From Callorhinchus milii (lineage: Eukaryota): 64,000 nucleotides of DNA. The position numbers and the translations under genes are program-made. The stretch is from positions 30,444,001-30,508,000 of the forward strand of contig NW_024704742.1 in the NCBI RefSeq assembly GCF_018977255.1. Direction: 5' to 3'. The notes under the pieces are model-generated. The model worked only from the letters and a program-made list of their open reading frames with translations, was not told where the DNA came from and ran no database searches. Each line of letters starts with the position of its first letter. Within the stretch, counting starts at the first letter, position 1. Below, piece after piece: positions 25,146 to 37,756 of the stretch.

Positions 25146-26771
25146 CATTTGCACTATCGTACTGAGTGTAGCTTCCTGGCTCCCACTCAACAGAACAAGA
25201 ACTCTTCTGCTGATACAGATCACAGTTCGGTGGGGTGCAAGCGTAGGTTGTGATAAACTGCATGATATGCATTTTATTTCACATCAAATGGTACTAACCA
25301 CATGAATTTAAAAGTATTCCAATAGATATAGTACTCCCCAGCATTTTGAGACATCCTCCAACGTGAAAGGCACTCTATAAATTTGTATTGTATTACAATT
25401 AACCATTTTTCTTATAAATTCTAAGGGAACAGGCCCATTATAAAATCCACAGGCCTGTACCAACTGAACCTAGTGAACTCAAATGTCAAAAGTCATTTTG
25501 TTTGTCAAGTAAGGCAAACAAACTAGGGCTCAGAAGGTTATGCTGACAATTTATACACTTTCCTGATTTCTTACAAGAGGGAAGCTGATCAGGAACTGTT
25601 CTGTAGCACCAACTTGTTAATATTGGGATATTAGTTGCAGAGGATTGATTGCTTTCTGATGGAATTGTTTTGGACTGACACCAGATTCTCCAATCACTTG
25701 TCCTCGATCCACAAATCAAGTGTCTGGGTATGTAGCAAAAGAGAGTTAATGCTTTTGCGTGCACAGATCAAACACAGGATCTGTGTTAACACTGCACACT
25801 GCATCTATTCTACTGCATCAAACTTGTGACACTTTACAGTGAATTAAGCACGAGAACAACTGAACAAATGAGTATTGTTCGAAACAGCAGCTTTCTGCTG
25901 CAAAACAGCCTCACAGCCCAGACTAATGGATGGAGTCAGACTCCCTTCCACTATCTATAGTATATATACAGATCTCCGTTGATCACGGAAGCCCATTGTT
26001 GGGCCAAGTTCAACAGGAAGTTTCCGAGCATAAAGTGGCAGCTTCCCGTTACATGGCCTGCTTTCACTAATTGCAGGCATTGCACAGTAATGCGTGCCAG
26101 TGTGAAGATAACATGTCTGATAGCAGAGTGCTCTCTCTGTCTGGGAGCCTGCACCGGAACAACCAGCATTTTGCTTTGAACTCCTGTGCTTCGTCTTGAG
26201 CAGAGATGCTTATCACTTTAATCTTTAATAAGCAAAATTAAACCACTTTGAACAGTCAGCTTTTGGTCCGTAACACCCTCTCTCCCCCCAAACCCCACCA
26301 CCCCCTGCTTCATCAGGATTAAGCTGGTGAGAGCAATAGGTTGAAAGGGTGTGTCTGTTGGAATGGTTGGCTTCGCTTCGGGCAGTCTATGCAGAAGACT
26401 TTAAAGTGCCAGCAAACATTTACTTGTTTATACTGGAGCAGATGTTGCTTTTAGCATTCTGCATCATTTGCACACTTGAGCAGTGAGCTGGAAGCACAAC
26501 AGTAGATGCATTATGGCGCAATTGGATGCCGTGTTTCGCCCACAAAATGTACAGTCATTCACTTTATAGTATATGCTGTGAAGGGCTTTGGGACGTCTCG
26601 AAGACATGATAAGGCACTATATCAAATGCAAGAATTATTATATTATTCCAGATGTAATATTTAATGGTGTTAATTTGACAGACTCAAGTGTGTTTTTCCA
26701 AATCTCTTTTCGAGGTGGCGATAAATAATAAACAGGCAGACGTTTTGGTCATCTGCTTTGCTCACTTCAAG

Positions 26772-27360
26772 GCGTGATTATGGAAACTCCCTCCTCATCG
26801 GCCTTTCCAAATCTTCCCTTCACAAGCTGCAGATCATCCAAAACTCTGCAGCTCATGTACTCTCACGCACCAGGCTCCATGACCCCATCACTCCCACCCT
26901 CGCCCGACTCAACTGGCAACCCAACCATTAGAGGATTGAATTCAAGACACTCGTCCTAACTTTCAAAGCCATCCATGGCCTTGCCCCCTCCTACCTCTCC
27001 GACCTGTTGACTCTCTACCAACCTGCCCGCTCCTTCCGTTCAGCAGGCTCCAGCCTGCTCCATGTCTCCTGCCCAATCCGCCCTACCATCGGTGGCCAGG
27101 CTTTCAGCTTCTCTGCCCCCACACTCTGGAACTCCATCCCACAGTCCCTTCGCTTCGTTTCCTCCCTTGCCTCCTTCAAGGCCGGTCTCAAGACCTTCCT
27201 CTTCGATCATGCCTTCAGTCGCCCGCCCACCTCTCTGGCTTCCCTCACCCCTACCCCACCCCTCCCCCATGCTCAGGTCCTGACCCCTGACTGTCCAGCG
27301 CCTTGGGACGTCCTCCCGACGTGAAAGGCGCTCTATAAATGTAATTTTGTTGTTGCTGTT
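26772..27360 (+). mobile_element. 5'-truncated L2 with intact tail
   Basis: KLQIIQNSAA...PTIGGQAFSFSAPTLWNSIP; tail gcgccttgggacgtcctcccgacgtgaaaggcgct...ttgttgttg. Confidence 0.92.
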
Positions 27361-28751
27361 GTCTTGCTCAGTTCATAAAACAGCCATTTTATTCTTCTTC
27401 CAGCATCTTTCACATGTACTGTTCAGCCAATTACAAGCTTGTTGCTGCAGGATAAGGGACCAGGTCTGGATTCACTCCATTTCTGAAGGTTGCGGAAATG
27501 ATAAAAACAAGGCGATTGGAGAAAGTGCTCCTTGGGAACATTACTGGCGTCTGACTGGCCACAAGTAAGTTTTACAACTGCCCTTATTTGACTCGCTAAC
27601 TCATGAGATCTCAGTTCTGACCCGGGACCTCCTGTGAGCCAAGGCACAGGGGAATAGAAAACACAGCTTATACTGCAAAGCGCTTTTTTCCAGCGGCCAT
27701 CACCAGTAAAGGAACACTTTTTCCATCTCCTGCCCATACTCCACTCCTTTGCCCAGCCCCTTCACTCAGCAAACACAGGTGCACTAGTCCCTCTGTGCCA
27801 CCATGAGTGCCCTTAGCTCCAAATACTCCAAGACTCTACCCCATGTGAAGGGTACTATATAAATGCAAGTTGCCGTTGAAGGATATTGTGCCTGACCTAA
27901 ACTCTGCACCACATAATTAACCCCATGCTAACTTTCTCTCCCACTAACATCAGAATATCGGGGTCTAAAAAATCGTGAGTTTTAATGGAATTCCTTAATA
28001 CAAAAACCGAAAGAAAGTCACAATGATCTGCAGGATCTCTGCTCTGACCCCATCTAGTTGTGGAGCAAAGTTCCCAGAGGTCAGAACTCGGTGCTTTTGG
28101 TTATCAGAAGGAAGGAATCGTATTAAAAGTGAGCTCGCATTAGGCATGACACCTATCTGACCTGACCTACCTTGATTCCAATGAGAATATAACACTTTGA
28201 AATCTACAATTAAAAGTTGACATTGATTATCGCTGGGGTTAGCACTCACTCACTTGTTAGGCCACACTCACCCTCTTAGTAAGGTCTCTGTTCCCGCTCT
28301 GCCCACTTGCTGCTCCTCCAGTGTACTGACAACAAGACTGACTCCCTTGGCCTTTACTATTGTGCTGAGGCCTTGGGCTGTGGTGAGGCGAGAGGGTGGC
28401 GGGAGTGGGCAGAGGGTAAGATTTACAGGATTTTTAAGACTCAAAATTGCTCTGGAAACTGAGTGTATAAAGTCAGCAAAAATGAATGTCAACTTTAAAC
28501 TGAAATTTGAAACAGTTTCACAATTTACTCGGCATTAATTAATACAACATTAATTACTGGCATCTGACTGGCCACAAGTAAGATAGAGAAGATGTAACTT
28601 TTACTCCACTGTGCAAGAATGTTTATTGTTGTTATTGCTATTGTTTTGAGGTTGGCCAGAAGGTTTGCGACGGTCTTTTCCGATCCTAACCATGCGGAAA
28701 AACTGAATATTTCTGCCTCAACGCAAAACACTGGCCAGTGCTGTATCCTAC

Positions 28752-28899
28752 CTTCTCATGTCTTCTTGGATGAAGAGTGTGATCATTTGCTTGGGGATGT
28801 GGAAGGACAGTGTACTTTCAGCCATCTGTTCCCGGACACACAACCACTTGCCATTATCTGTGGGGAATCTGTAGACTTTCCAGATGACGTTTTTAAAAA
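28752..28899 (-). CDS. INPP4B: INPP4B-type coding exon (148 nt)
   Basis: Acceptor tctcttctag, donor gtagga. Encodes IFKNVIWKVYRFPTDNGKWLCVREQMAESTLSFHIPKQMITLFIQEDMRR, matching the recalled INPP4B motif [28 protein letters not shown]. Confidence 0.95.
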
Positions 28900-29439
28900 C
28901 TAGAAGAGACGATACACATTATTAGAGAAATTGAGGAAAATATATATTCCCTGTAATCCAAAATACAATAATAATCCTTGCATTTGGTATAGTGCTTTCC
29001 ATGTAGTGGACGTCTCAGTGCCTCCACAGGATTTATTGTGAAGTGGGGGTGGTTGTGTATTTGTGTGCAAACATGTCAACCTAATTCCTCACCACAACAT
29101 CCCACAAATAGTTTTGAAATGAATGACCAATTTTATTTTGGGGGGATTTGTTGGGCAGGACACCGGGAGAAACTCCCTTCTTTTTTAGAATATCTTTTTT
29201 AGGATCTTTACCAGGCAGACAGGACATCAAGGTTTAATGTTTCCTCCAACAATTCAACATATCCCAGCACTGCGTTGGAGAGTCATCTTAGATTATACAT
29301 GCCCAAGTCCGGATGTGGGCCTTAAACCCCCAAACCTCTGACCCAGAGGCTTAAATACAACAGAACACTGTTCTGAGTGCCCATGAGAAAAAAAAATTGG
29401 GGAGGGTGGTGGGGGTCCATAAAATCCCAATCAGCTTTA

Positions 29440-30055
29440 TGCAGGGTGGGGGTGCATTCCGGTCACCAGTCCCGCTCGGGGTCAGGGAGGATGGAGGGCA
29501 GGGGGAGGAAGCAGGGAGATCGAAAGCACGGTCGAAGAGGAGGGACTTGAGATGGGTCTTGAAGGTGGCAAGGGAAGGGGCGAGGTGGAGGGACTGCGGG
29601 ATGGAGTTCCAGAGGGGGGAGGGGGAGCAGAGTGGCAGAAGGTCCACCTGGCAATAGTGGAGTGAGCAAGGCGGGGCACGTGAAGCAGGCTGGAGCTCGC
29701 TGAGTGGAGGTAGGAGCAGGATGGTAGGGGGTTAGGAGGTCATAGAGATGGGGGGAGCAAGACCATGGAGGGCTTTGAAGGTGAGGACCAGGATCTTGAA
29801 CTGTATCCTCTGTGTGATGGGAAACCAGTGGAGTCGGGCAAAGATGGGGGTGATAGGGTCACAGCGCCTGGTGCAGGAGAGGACGCGGGCTGCAGAGTTC
29901 TGGATGATCTGTAGCCTGTGGAGGGAGGAGTTGGGGAGGCCAACAAGCAGTGAGTTTGCATAGTCAAGCCTTGATGTAATGAAAGCCTGTATCAGAGTTT
30001 CGGCGGCCTGAGGTGTGAGACAGTGGCGGTGCCGGGCGATGTTGTGAAGGTGGTC
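29440..30055 (-). mobile_element. L2 3' region fragment
   Basis: Reverse-complement similarity to L2 copies 6965-7705 and 49085-49868 (ETLIQAFITSRLDYANSLL). Confidence 0.9.
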
Positions 30056-31194
30056 GACTTTGAGGCCATCAGGTCACTGTCAGACCTCGACATCGCCATC
30101 AACTCAGAAATAAAGCTTTTATATAGATGTGAAATGCCAGCCATCACTTTGGAGTGAGCCAGCCCTGACGCTCATTGCACATTGTGGATTGTTTAGTGAG
30201 TAACGCAAGTGTACTCGTGGTATAATGAAGCATGTCATGACGGGATTCTGCTGTAATAAATAGTAATATAATAAATATTTTAATTGTAGAAGCCATAAAT
30301 ATTTAAGATGAGCAGGTCAGTGGCGCATACAGGGGCACGAGTTACTCAGCCATTCAGCTAGCCAGAGAGATGAAGAATTTGTTCTGCACAGTAACCAACA
30401 AAGACATCTATTTCAGCCACAGCTCACCCTAGCTCTACCTTTCACCTTGACATGGAACGAAAGCATAGAGAACCACAATTTAGTTGCATCCAAGACCATC
30501 AGGAATACACACAACATATTTATTTCAGCACATACAACCCACAAATATGCATAAATTGCCAACACCCCAGATTGTATCTACTTTACACTCTGAATTCATT
30601 TCTCCAGTTCCTTTCAATGGTGTGCAGCTTGAAGTGTGCTGGTTGGTGTACGATCCCTTGGGGACACACAGGGGAGATTCCTCCAGATGCTGTGACTCAC
30701 AATGAAAGCCAAGTGCTCTGTCACCGTGCTCCCACGCACTTCACTGCTCATTTCTTTGGGTGTTTCTTCCTGGCTAAAGGGAAAAAGGCCTCTACATGGA
30801 GCATTGTTCAGGTATCAAAGCTGTTTCACCTAGTTCCACCTGAAGGTGCTGAATTGTTATAATCAGCCCTAGTTGCGCTAAGCAACGGAGGAGAAGCATC
30901 AGTCAGCTTTCCTGCTCCTGATCCTTTTGCCGACAAAATACAATCACAACACTTTACAGTAAATCGTATGAAGCGATTTGAGACATCCTCTTAACGTGAA
31001 AGGCAGTATATCAAATGCAAGTATTTATTATCCAGGGTCTCCAGCTGAAAGGTATGGTTGTTAGATATTCTGCAAGGAACAGATTGGACTTGGTTGTGAT
31101 ACTCTCCATGAGTAGTTTTCTGACGCTCACTTTCTGACACAGCACATTAAGACTGATCAGATGTGGGCAGCCCACATGGGGTAGTAAAGAGAGC

Positions 31195-31500
31195 TGCACC
31201 TTATGGACCAGGCTTGTTGGCTCAAACCCTAGACCATGCTATGTTTTCTGGTCTCAGCTGGGGCTGTGTGGGGAAGTTACCTTGGCCCCAGCTTTCCCAG
31301 GTTAAGAAGGGGAAAATCAGCAATGGTTCCTGTTCCTGGCCCTTCTATATCACTCTCGACTGGTTGTGTGCGCGTGTGGCAGCAGGATAGGGAGAGGTCA
31401 GGCTTGGATGTGATGCCCTCTACAGTTCAGTAGTCTGCTGACACTCACTGCTAATTCTCATACACAAACAACAGCCATTTTGGCGGGTTAGTGGAAGGCA
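31195..31500 (+). mobile_element. Third, old SINE-like family (unassigned)
   Basis: Shared segments (gggaaaatcagc...ttcctgttcctg, aggataggg..ggcttggatgtgatgccc, gctgacactcact) recur at about 9095-9395(-), 16390-16540, 18860-19090, 35975-36275(-) and 48753-48920(-). Confidence 0.6.
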
Positions 31501-31628
31501 ACCAGCATCCCAGCAAGATAACGCCAGAACAGGAGAAGAGAGGAATATGTCTGGGGTGGGGGGGAACAATTAGAAAAATAACTGGATATGATAAATTTAC
31601 TAAAAAAAAGAAAAGGAAGAATGATCAC

Positions 31629-31848
31629 AGAAGTCGCTGGGAACACTCAGCAGGTCAGGCAGCATCTATGGAGAGAGGAAAGTGAGTTAACGTTTCAGGT
31701 CGATGACCTTGCGTCAGAACTCCTTTCGTCAGATGATTGTTCTGACAAAAGGTCATCCAACTGAAACATTAACCCACTCTTCTCTCTCCATAGATGCTGC
31801 CTGACCTGATGAGTGTTCCTATGACTTCTATTTTTATTCCAGATTTCC
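31629..31848. mobile_element. Inverted pair of Penelope-type terminal-repeat remnants with degenerate hammerhead cores
   Basis: About 90 bp arms (31629-31720 and 31740-31829) are reverse complements; each carries a CTGAC-G/A...GAAAC motif. Confidence 0.65.
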
Positions 31849-32834
31849 TCACGATTATTGTCATTATTAATAATAATAATCCTTGTATTATACCAAATAC
31901 AAAGATATATTTGGTATAACGTCTTTCACACTGGGAGAATGTGTCAAATCCCTTCACAGGATTTTACTGTAAAGTGTAGTGACTGTGTGTATTTTGTCAA
32001 GAAAAAGATTTTAAAATAAGAAGTAATTGGGCAATATACAATCGCCAAACTTCAAGATAAAGGTATACTCACAATGCACAATATATCTATTCAATTCCCG
32101 CCCTGCATATTAAAACAAAGGTGCATTTAAAATAAACTCTGAATCTCCCTTGCATGTATATTCATACACATTTAGAGAGCAGGGAAGGACTTTTGTGAAA
32201 AACTAAACAAAACTGCATCTTGTTTTCTGTAAAACAACTGAGCAGTATCACATCACAAATTAGCCTTCTGGACACAGATTGCACCCTTCTAAATTGTTAG
32301 CCCCAAGGCAGCAGTCAGATTGGGGCTGTGACCAAACCATCACAATGACAGTCACAGGAAATCTCTCTGTGTGAGGCTTAAAAGAAACTGCCAAATGGCG
32401 GATAGCTAACTGGCTGCTAGCAGATGTATTGAGAAATGCTGTTCACACGTCAACTGCCAACAAAAACACTTCAGTGGTAAAGGCAGAGCAGAGCAAAAAC
32501 ACACCAACAATTACGGTTTATTCCAACTGATAATTCCAGTTGACGATGATAATCATTTTTGCCTCATCATTATATTATAGTAATCTTCTCTGAGTGTGTT
32601 TAAACCCCATACATGGAAACTCAAGTGGAAAGATTTGATCCACAAATGATTTTGAGGCAAAGTAAAAGTTTCTGATTGTAATTTAAATGCAAGTTTCAAT
32701 TTGCAATGAATAATGTGTGTTTTAAAATAAAATTGCTTATGCTTTACAAGAATAACTGCATGGCTCCTTCACTAACCTAGGGGGTAAAGGCACAGTCAGT
32801 GTAGAAATGTGTAATATTAGACCAGAAGGTTATG

Positions 32835-34022
32835 GGTTCAACTTCTTGCAGCTGATTATGGACAAGACGGAAACCATATTCCTTGTCTCCCATCAACATC
32901 TTCACTCCTGTGGATCTACACTCTTCAACCTCCCTGGGCTCTCCCTCAGACTCATCGAACCAGTGCGCAACCTAGGCATCCGGTTCAACCCCCAGCTGTC
33001 CTTCCTCCCCCACATCTGGTCCCTGACCAGGACCGCCTTCTTCCATCTCTGCCACACTGTCTGCCTCCCACCGTACCTTACCCCAAATGCAGCCGAAACC
33101 CTCGTGCATACTTTTGTCACCTATCGTTTGGATTATTCCAATGCATTGCTCGCCGGTCTCCCCAGCTCCACCATTCACAAAATCCAGCTCATTCAAAATT
33201 TTGCCGCCTGCATACTGACCCGAACCAAACTCTGTACCCACATCTCACCAGTTCTAGCCAGGCTCCACTGGCTCCCCATCACTGAACGCATCGACTTCAA
33301 GATCCTCACACTTGTGTTCAAATCCATTCAATTCCTAGCACCTCCCTACCTCCCCGAACTCCTCACTCCCCAATCCACCACTGGCCCCTCCACTTGACTG
33401 GCACCGGCCTCCTGCTCATACCTCGCACACTCCTCCTCACCATCGGAGGTTGCGCTTTCAGCTACTGCGCCCCAAAACTCTGGAACACTCTCCCTCAATC
33501 CCTCTGCCTTGCCCCCTCTCTCAAGACTCACCGGAAAACTTTCCTCTTCGACCATGTTTACGGCCACCTCCCCCCTTCCCCTGGCTCGGAGTCAGGTTCC
33601 ACCACTGTTAAGCGCTCTGACACAGTAACAACAACAAGATTACATTTGTACAGCGCCTTTCACGTCGGGAGGACGTCCAAAGGCGCTAGACAGTGTACAG
33701 CATTTCAGACCCGAGCTGAGGTCAGGGGAGGAGAGCGGAGGGGAGTGGAAGGGGGGTGACCGATGGCATGGTCGAAGAGGAGGGTTTTGAGGTGGAACTT
33801 GAAGGAGGCTAAGGAGGGGACGAGGCAGAGTGACTGGGGGATGGAATTCCAGAGGTTGGGGGCAGAGTCGCTGAATGCTCTCCCGCCAATGGTGGGGCGG
33901 GTGGGTCGGGGGTTGTGTAGCAGGCCAGAGCCGGCTGAGAGGAGGGAGAGGGCGGGTTGGTGGGGGGTTAGGAGGTCACAGAAATAGGGTGGGGTGACTT
34001 ATAAGTGCAAGTTGTTGTTGTT
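32835..34022 (+). mobile_element. Older L2 fragment whose tail is split by an inverted L2
   Basis: PVRNLG...ETLVHTFVTYRLDYSNALL...LHWLPI; the tail remnant tataagtgcaagttgttgttg resumes at about 33997. Confidence 0.85.
33627..33995 (-). mobile_element. Younger L2 3' fragment in reverse orientation
   Basis: acaacaacaagattacatttgtacagcgcctttcacgtcgggaggacgtcc followed by the L2 3' region. Confidence 0.9.
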
Positions 34023-34312
34023 GAATCAGTTGATTTCACCCACTGAGTGACATGAATGTCTCTGGTGCTACACAGAGAAATAAGCCTTTGTTCCAGTTCT
34101 TCCTCAATAAGGAAACAGAATGAAGATTCCTTCTGGTAACCAAAATTACACTGTATCAATTTGCAGAAGTAGATTTGAGTGGGAGCGGTATTCCCATAAA
34201 TCAGAACAACAAACTCCTTATTAATAAATCCCACTAGAAATCGCCTAATATTGCTCTCCATTGAGGCTTTGCAGTTAATTACACTTAATTACAAAAGGGA
34301 GAATAAACGTAC

Positions 34313-34385
34313 TTGATTCAAGCAGTGAGAGTTTGCCATTGTCGTTAACAGCTTGATGCAGCAGAGTCCCACAAAGTGAAGCTGG
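34313..34385 (-). CDS. INPP4B: INPP4B-type coding exon (73 nt)
   Basis: Acceptor tttttttnctctcag, donor gtacgt. Encodes PASLCGTLLHQAVNDNGKLSLLES. Phase 0 to phase 1 exactly bridges the flanking exons; protein similarity is weak. Confidence 0.8.
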
Positions 34386-35839
34386 CTGAGAGNAAAAAAA
34401 ATTACATGTAAATAATAATAATAAAATAATCATCTTTGCATTTGACATACAGTGTTGAAATATCTCAATGCACTTCGCAGATAATTGGTAGCTAGTGAAT
34501 GAGCAATTTAGCTGGAGGGTTCTTGACCAGAACACCGGGAGAAACCCCCGTTTCTTTTCTTTTTGAATAGTTTCAGGGGATAATTAACATCTAGCTGAAC
34601 AGAAAGATGGGACGTCAGTATAACATCTCATTGGAAAGACAGCACCTCTGACATTACAACATTCCCCCGAGACTCCCCCAAGTCCGACGTGGGGTTTGAA
34701 CCAACACTCTCTGATCCAGAGACAAAAGTGTTACCAACTGAGCCAAGCTGACACCTCATTAACTATCCTCATGACTGTCCTCCTTGGTGGGAGTTAAGTG
34801 GGGTCTCCTTGGAGCTAAACTGACTCCAAGGTGACGTGGAATGTCAGAATCGAGCCAGCCCTCTCTGGCGGTCTCGGTATTCCAGTTCCTGAGCCAGGCA
34901 GGTCCGCAGTATTCCAGGGCACTGCTGATGACAATCCAGTCAGCCTGGCTCATCGGCAGGACCTGGAGGGGCAGACCAGTCACTGGGGGCAGGGAGTCAA
35001 TCCACTGAGCTCCAACTAATCCTGCAAGAGCAAAATAATACCCCAAACAACCTCATTACTAGAACAATAAAGAGAGGCAAAGCCCCTATGATGCTAAATG
35101 AATCTGCTTTTCAAACATTATTTGACTTGAAGGCTCAGCAGGCTTTTACGAATGGTTAACACTTTTCTGTTAATTTGTTTCAACAATGAAATAAATATTC
35201 CTGTTCCCCTAAAATTGCACTCATCTTTAATGTTTGCTGAACTTGTCAATATAATCAGCAATTAAAATCTGGTCTATCATCATTCAGCTTCTCAAGAGCA
35301 CCAATGGGTTTAACAGCACGAGTATGTTTCGCCCATTTGTGGGCTAAGCCTTTGCTAATTGGAATTATTTTTCAAGTCACGCTTTACCACCTTCCCTCCT
35401 CTCCTGAAATCATTCCTTCATCTTTGCCCTGTCTATATATTGAATCCCTCCTGAAGACTTATCTCAAGAGCATCAGTCGATTTGACCCTCTTCAATTGCA
35501 CTTTTGGTCAACTTCCGATCACCACTCCCCTTGCTCTCCACCCCTCTCCATTCCAGCCAGCAGCTCAGGGGAAAACTCTCGACCAGTGACCTGGGACGTC
35601 CTCCCAATGTGAAAGGCGCTGTTTAAATGCAGTTTGTTGTGGTAGTTATATCTTTGATCACACCTACAGTTGTCTCCCTCTATCCCTCTCCATCTTCAGT
35701 GTCCAGCCCAACCATCGTGCAGGGCTCTGAGACACTAAACACAAGCAGTTGTCTCCTCTTTCCTAATCCTAGGTTATGGCTTCACAGGCATCAGTCACTC
35801 TCCAGATTTTCACCTAAGTGGGCATCATTCATGTGTGAC

Positions 35840-35970
35840 AAAAGGCAAAATACTGCAGATGCTGGGAATCTGACATTCTGACGAAATGTCATTGAGTTGA
35901 AACGTTAACTCACTTTCCTCTCTTCATAGATGCTGCCTGACCTGCTGAGTGTTCCCCGCCATTTCTGTTG
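35840..35970 (+). mobile_element. Penelope-type terminal-repeat remnant with hammerhead core
   Basis: ttCTGACGAaatgtcattgagttGAAACGTTaactc...gatgctgcctgacctgctgagtgttcc; homologous to 31740-31829. Confidence 0.65.
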
Positions 35971-37756
35971 CTATCATTCATGTCTGAGTGCTGACAGTGT
36001 TGGCAGGCTTATAAGATCACTGGGGCTTCCCAGCTGTGTCCAAACCTATCCTATCCTCATTGGAAATTCACATACTTGTATCTTGTATCAAGAGTTTCTG
36101 ACTAAGGATCATTAAGTGGTAAACTTGGCTGATATTACCTCCCTTACAGAGGTCAAACCACAAACCAATTGTCGTGACCCAACTGCGGCCCCAGCTGATA
36201 TCAGCTAACACAGCAGGCTAACCCTGCTCTATGTGGCTCAGTCATTCCCTTGTATCAACACACTGAGCCATCAGGGAGCTCCAACATGCAATTAGCCATT
36301 TTTTAAAAAAGAATTGCATTGTTGTAAAGGAATTTATAGTTATGATAGATATATCAGCATCTGAGGAGGTCAGACCAGTAGCAGAGAGGCCACACCAGGG
36401 GCAGGGAGCAGGCCAGACCAGACCAGGGGGAGAGAGACATGTGCCGTTGGGGAGAAAATTAGAAAATACATAATTGGACAGGCTTTTTTAAAAAATCATT
36501 TGCATTTCATGCAATGCCTAAATATCAGAACATCTCAAAGCACTTGATAGTGAATTGCTATAATGAGTAGCGATTATGTAGGCAAACGTGGCAGCCAATT
36601 TGCACAGAGCAATGCCCCATAAACAGCTATGAAGTGAATTGAAAGTTATTTTATTTGGGGGATTGTTAGCCAGAACTCCAGGAGAAACTTTTAGTTTTGA
36701 TGTGTTCCGTGGGATCTTTAACATTAACATGCAAACAAGATCTCAATTACATTTTTCATCATAAGGTCAGCACCTCTGACAATGCACCCCAGCCCTCACT
36801 GGAACGTTACCCTGGACGATGAGCTCAAAGGCCCCAACATCGCGCTTGAACCCACAACCTTCTTTGTCAGGGCAAGAGTGTTACTAACTGAACCTGGCTG
36901 ACTATGTTCTGACTGAAATATTGAAGTGGAATTTGTGATAATTGCAAACCAGATTTATTATTAATAATCATTACCTTTGATATTGTGCCTTTCATGTCAG
37001 AAAATCTCAAACACTTCACGCAGTTTACTGTAATGTGCAGTGACTGTATTTTGTGGGTGATTAAGGCACCTCCAAACTATTGTGCCAAATGCAATATTCA
37101 CACGTGAACTGTGAATTTCACCAGCTGTTTTGGACTTTGCTGATAACGATCCATGATCGCTCAACCCATGACCTTCGATAATCATAAACTGGAACTTGTT
37201 TTTAACTCAATGAGAATCCGGTTTGCAAATATAGTAAAACTCAGATAAATCGTATCAGTCGAGACCCATTCTTCTGCGCGTGCTTCAATGGATTGGGATA
37301 TAATTTCCTGTGATTCAATACAGCCGGTAAGTGCAGGAGTAACAGAGGGTAGCAGAGTAGTGGTATGAATTAGGAGGTGATTAATATGAGTGGTGCAAAG
37401 AAATCTAACTGGTTTTGATAGGAAACTGAATGGGACTCTGGTGAATGTATGACTTAAGACTTATACAAGGTTTACTGTATATTACAAATTGAACCCACTG
37501 CCTGAATCCTGGATTCCGATCTTGATAAGAATGGTGCCCAAGAGTTTTACAGCTAAAAATGTAAACTAAAGGTCATCATCTATTGTTAGGATGACACCTC
37601 CCCACAGTTTTAACCATGATGTGGCTTTGTAATCTTGCAACCGTCTTAAAAAATAAGAGACAGGCTGGCTGTCAGGCACGTAGAGTTGTGACTTTTCCTT
37701 TTCCCCACCACCACCCCTGGTTTACTGTTTCCCAGCAGTGTGAAAAGGCAACATTA

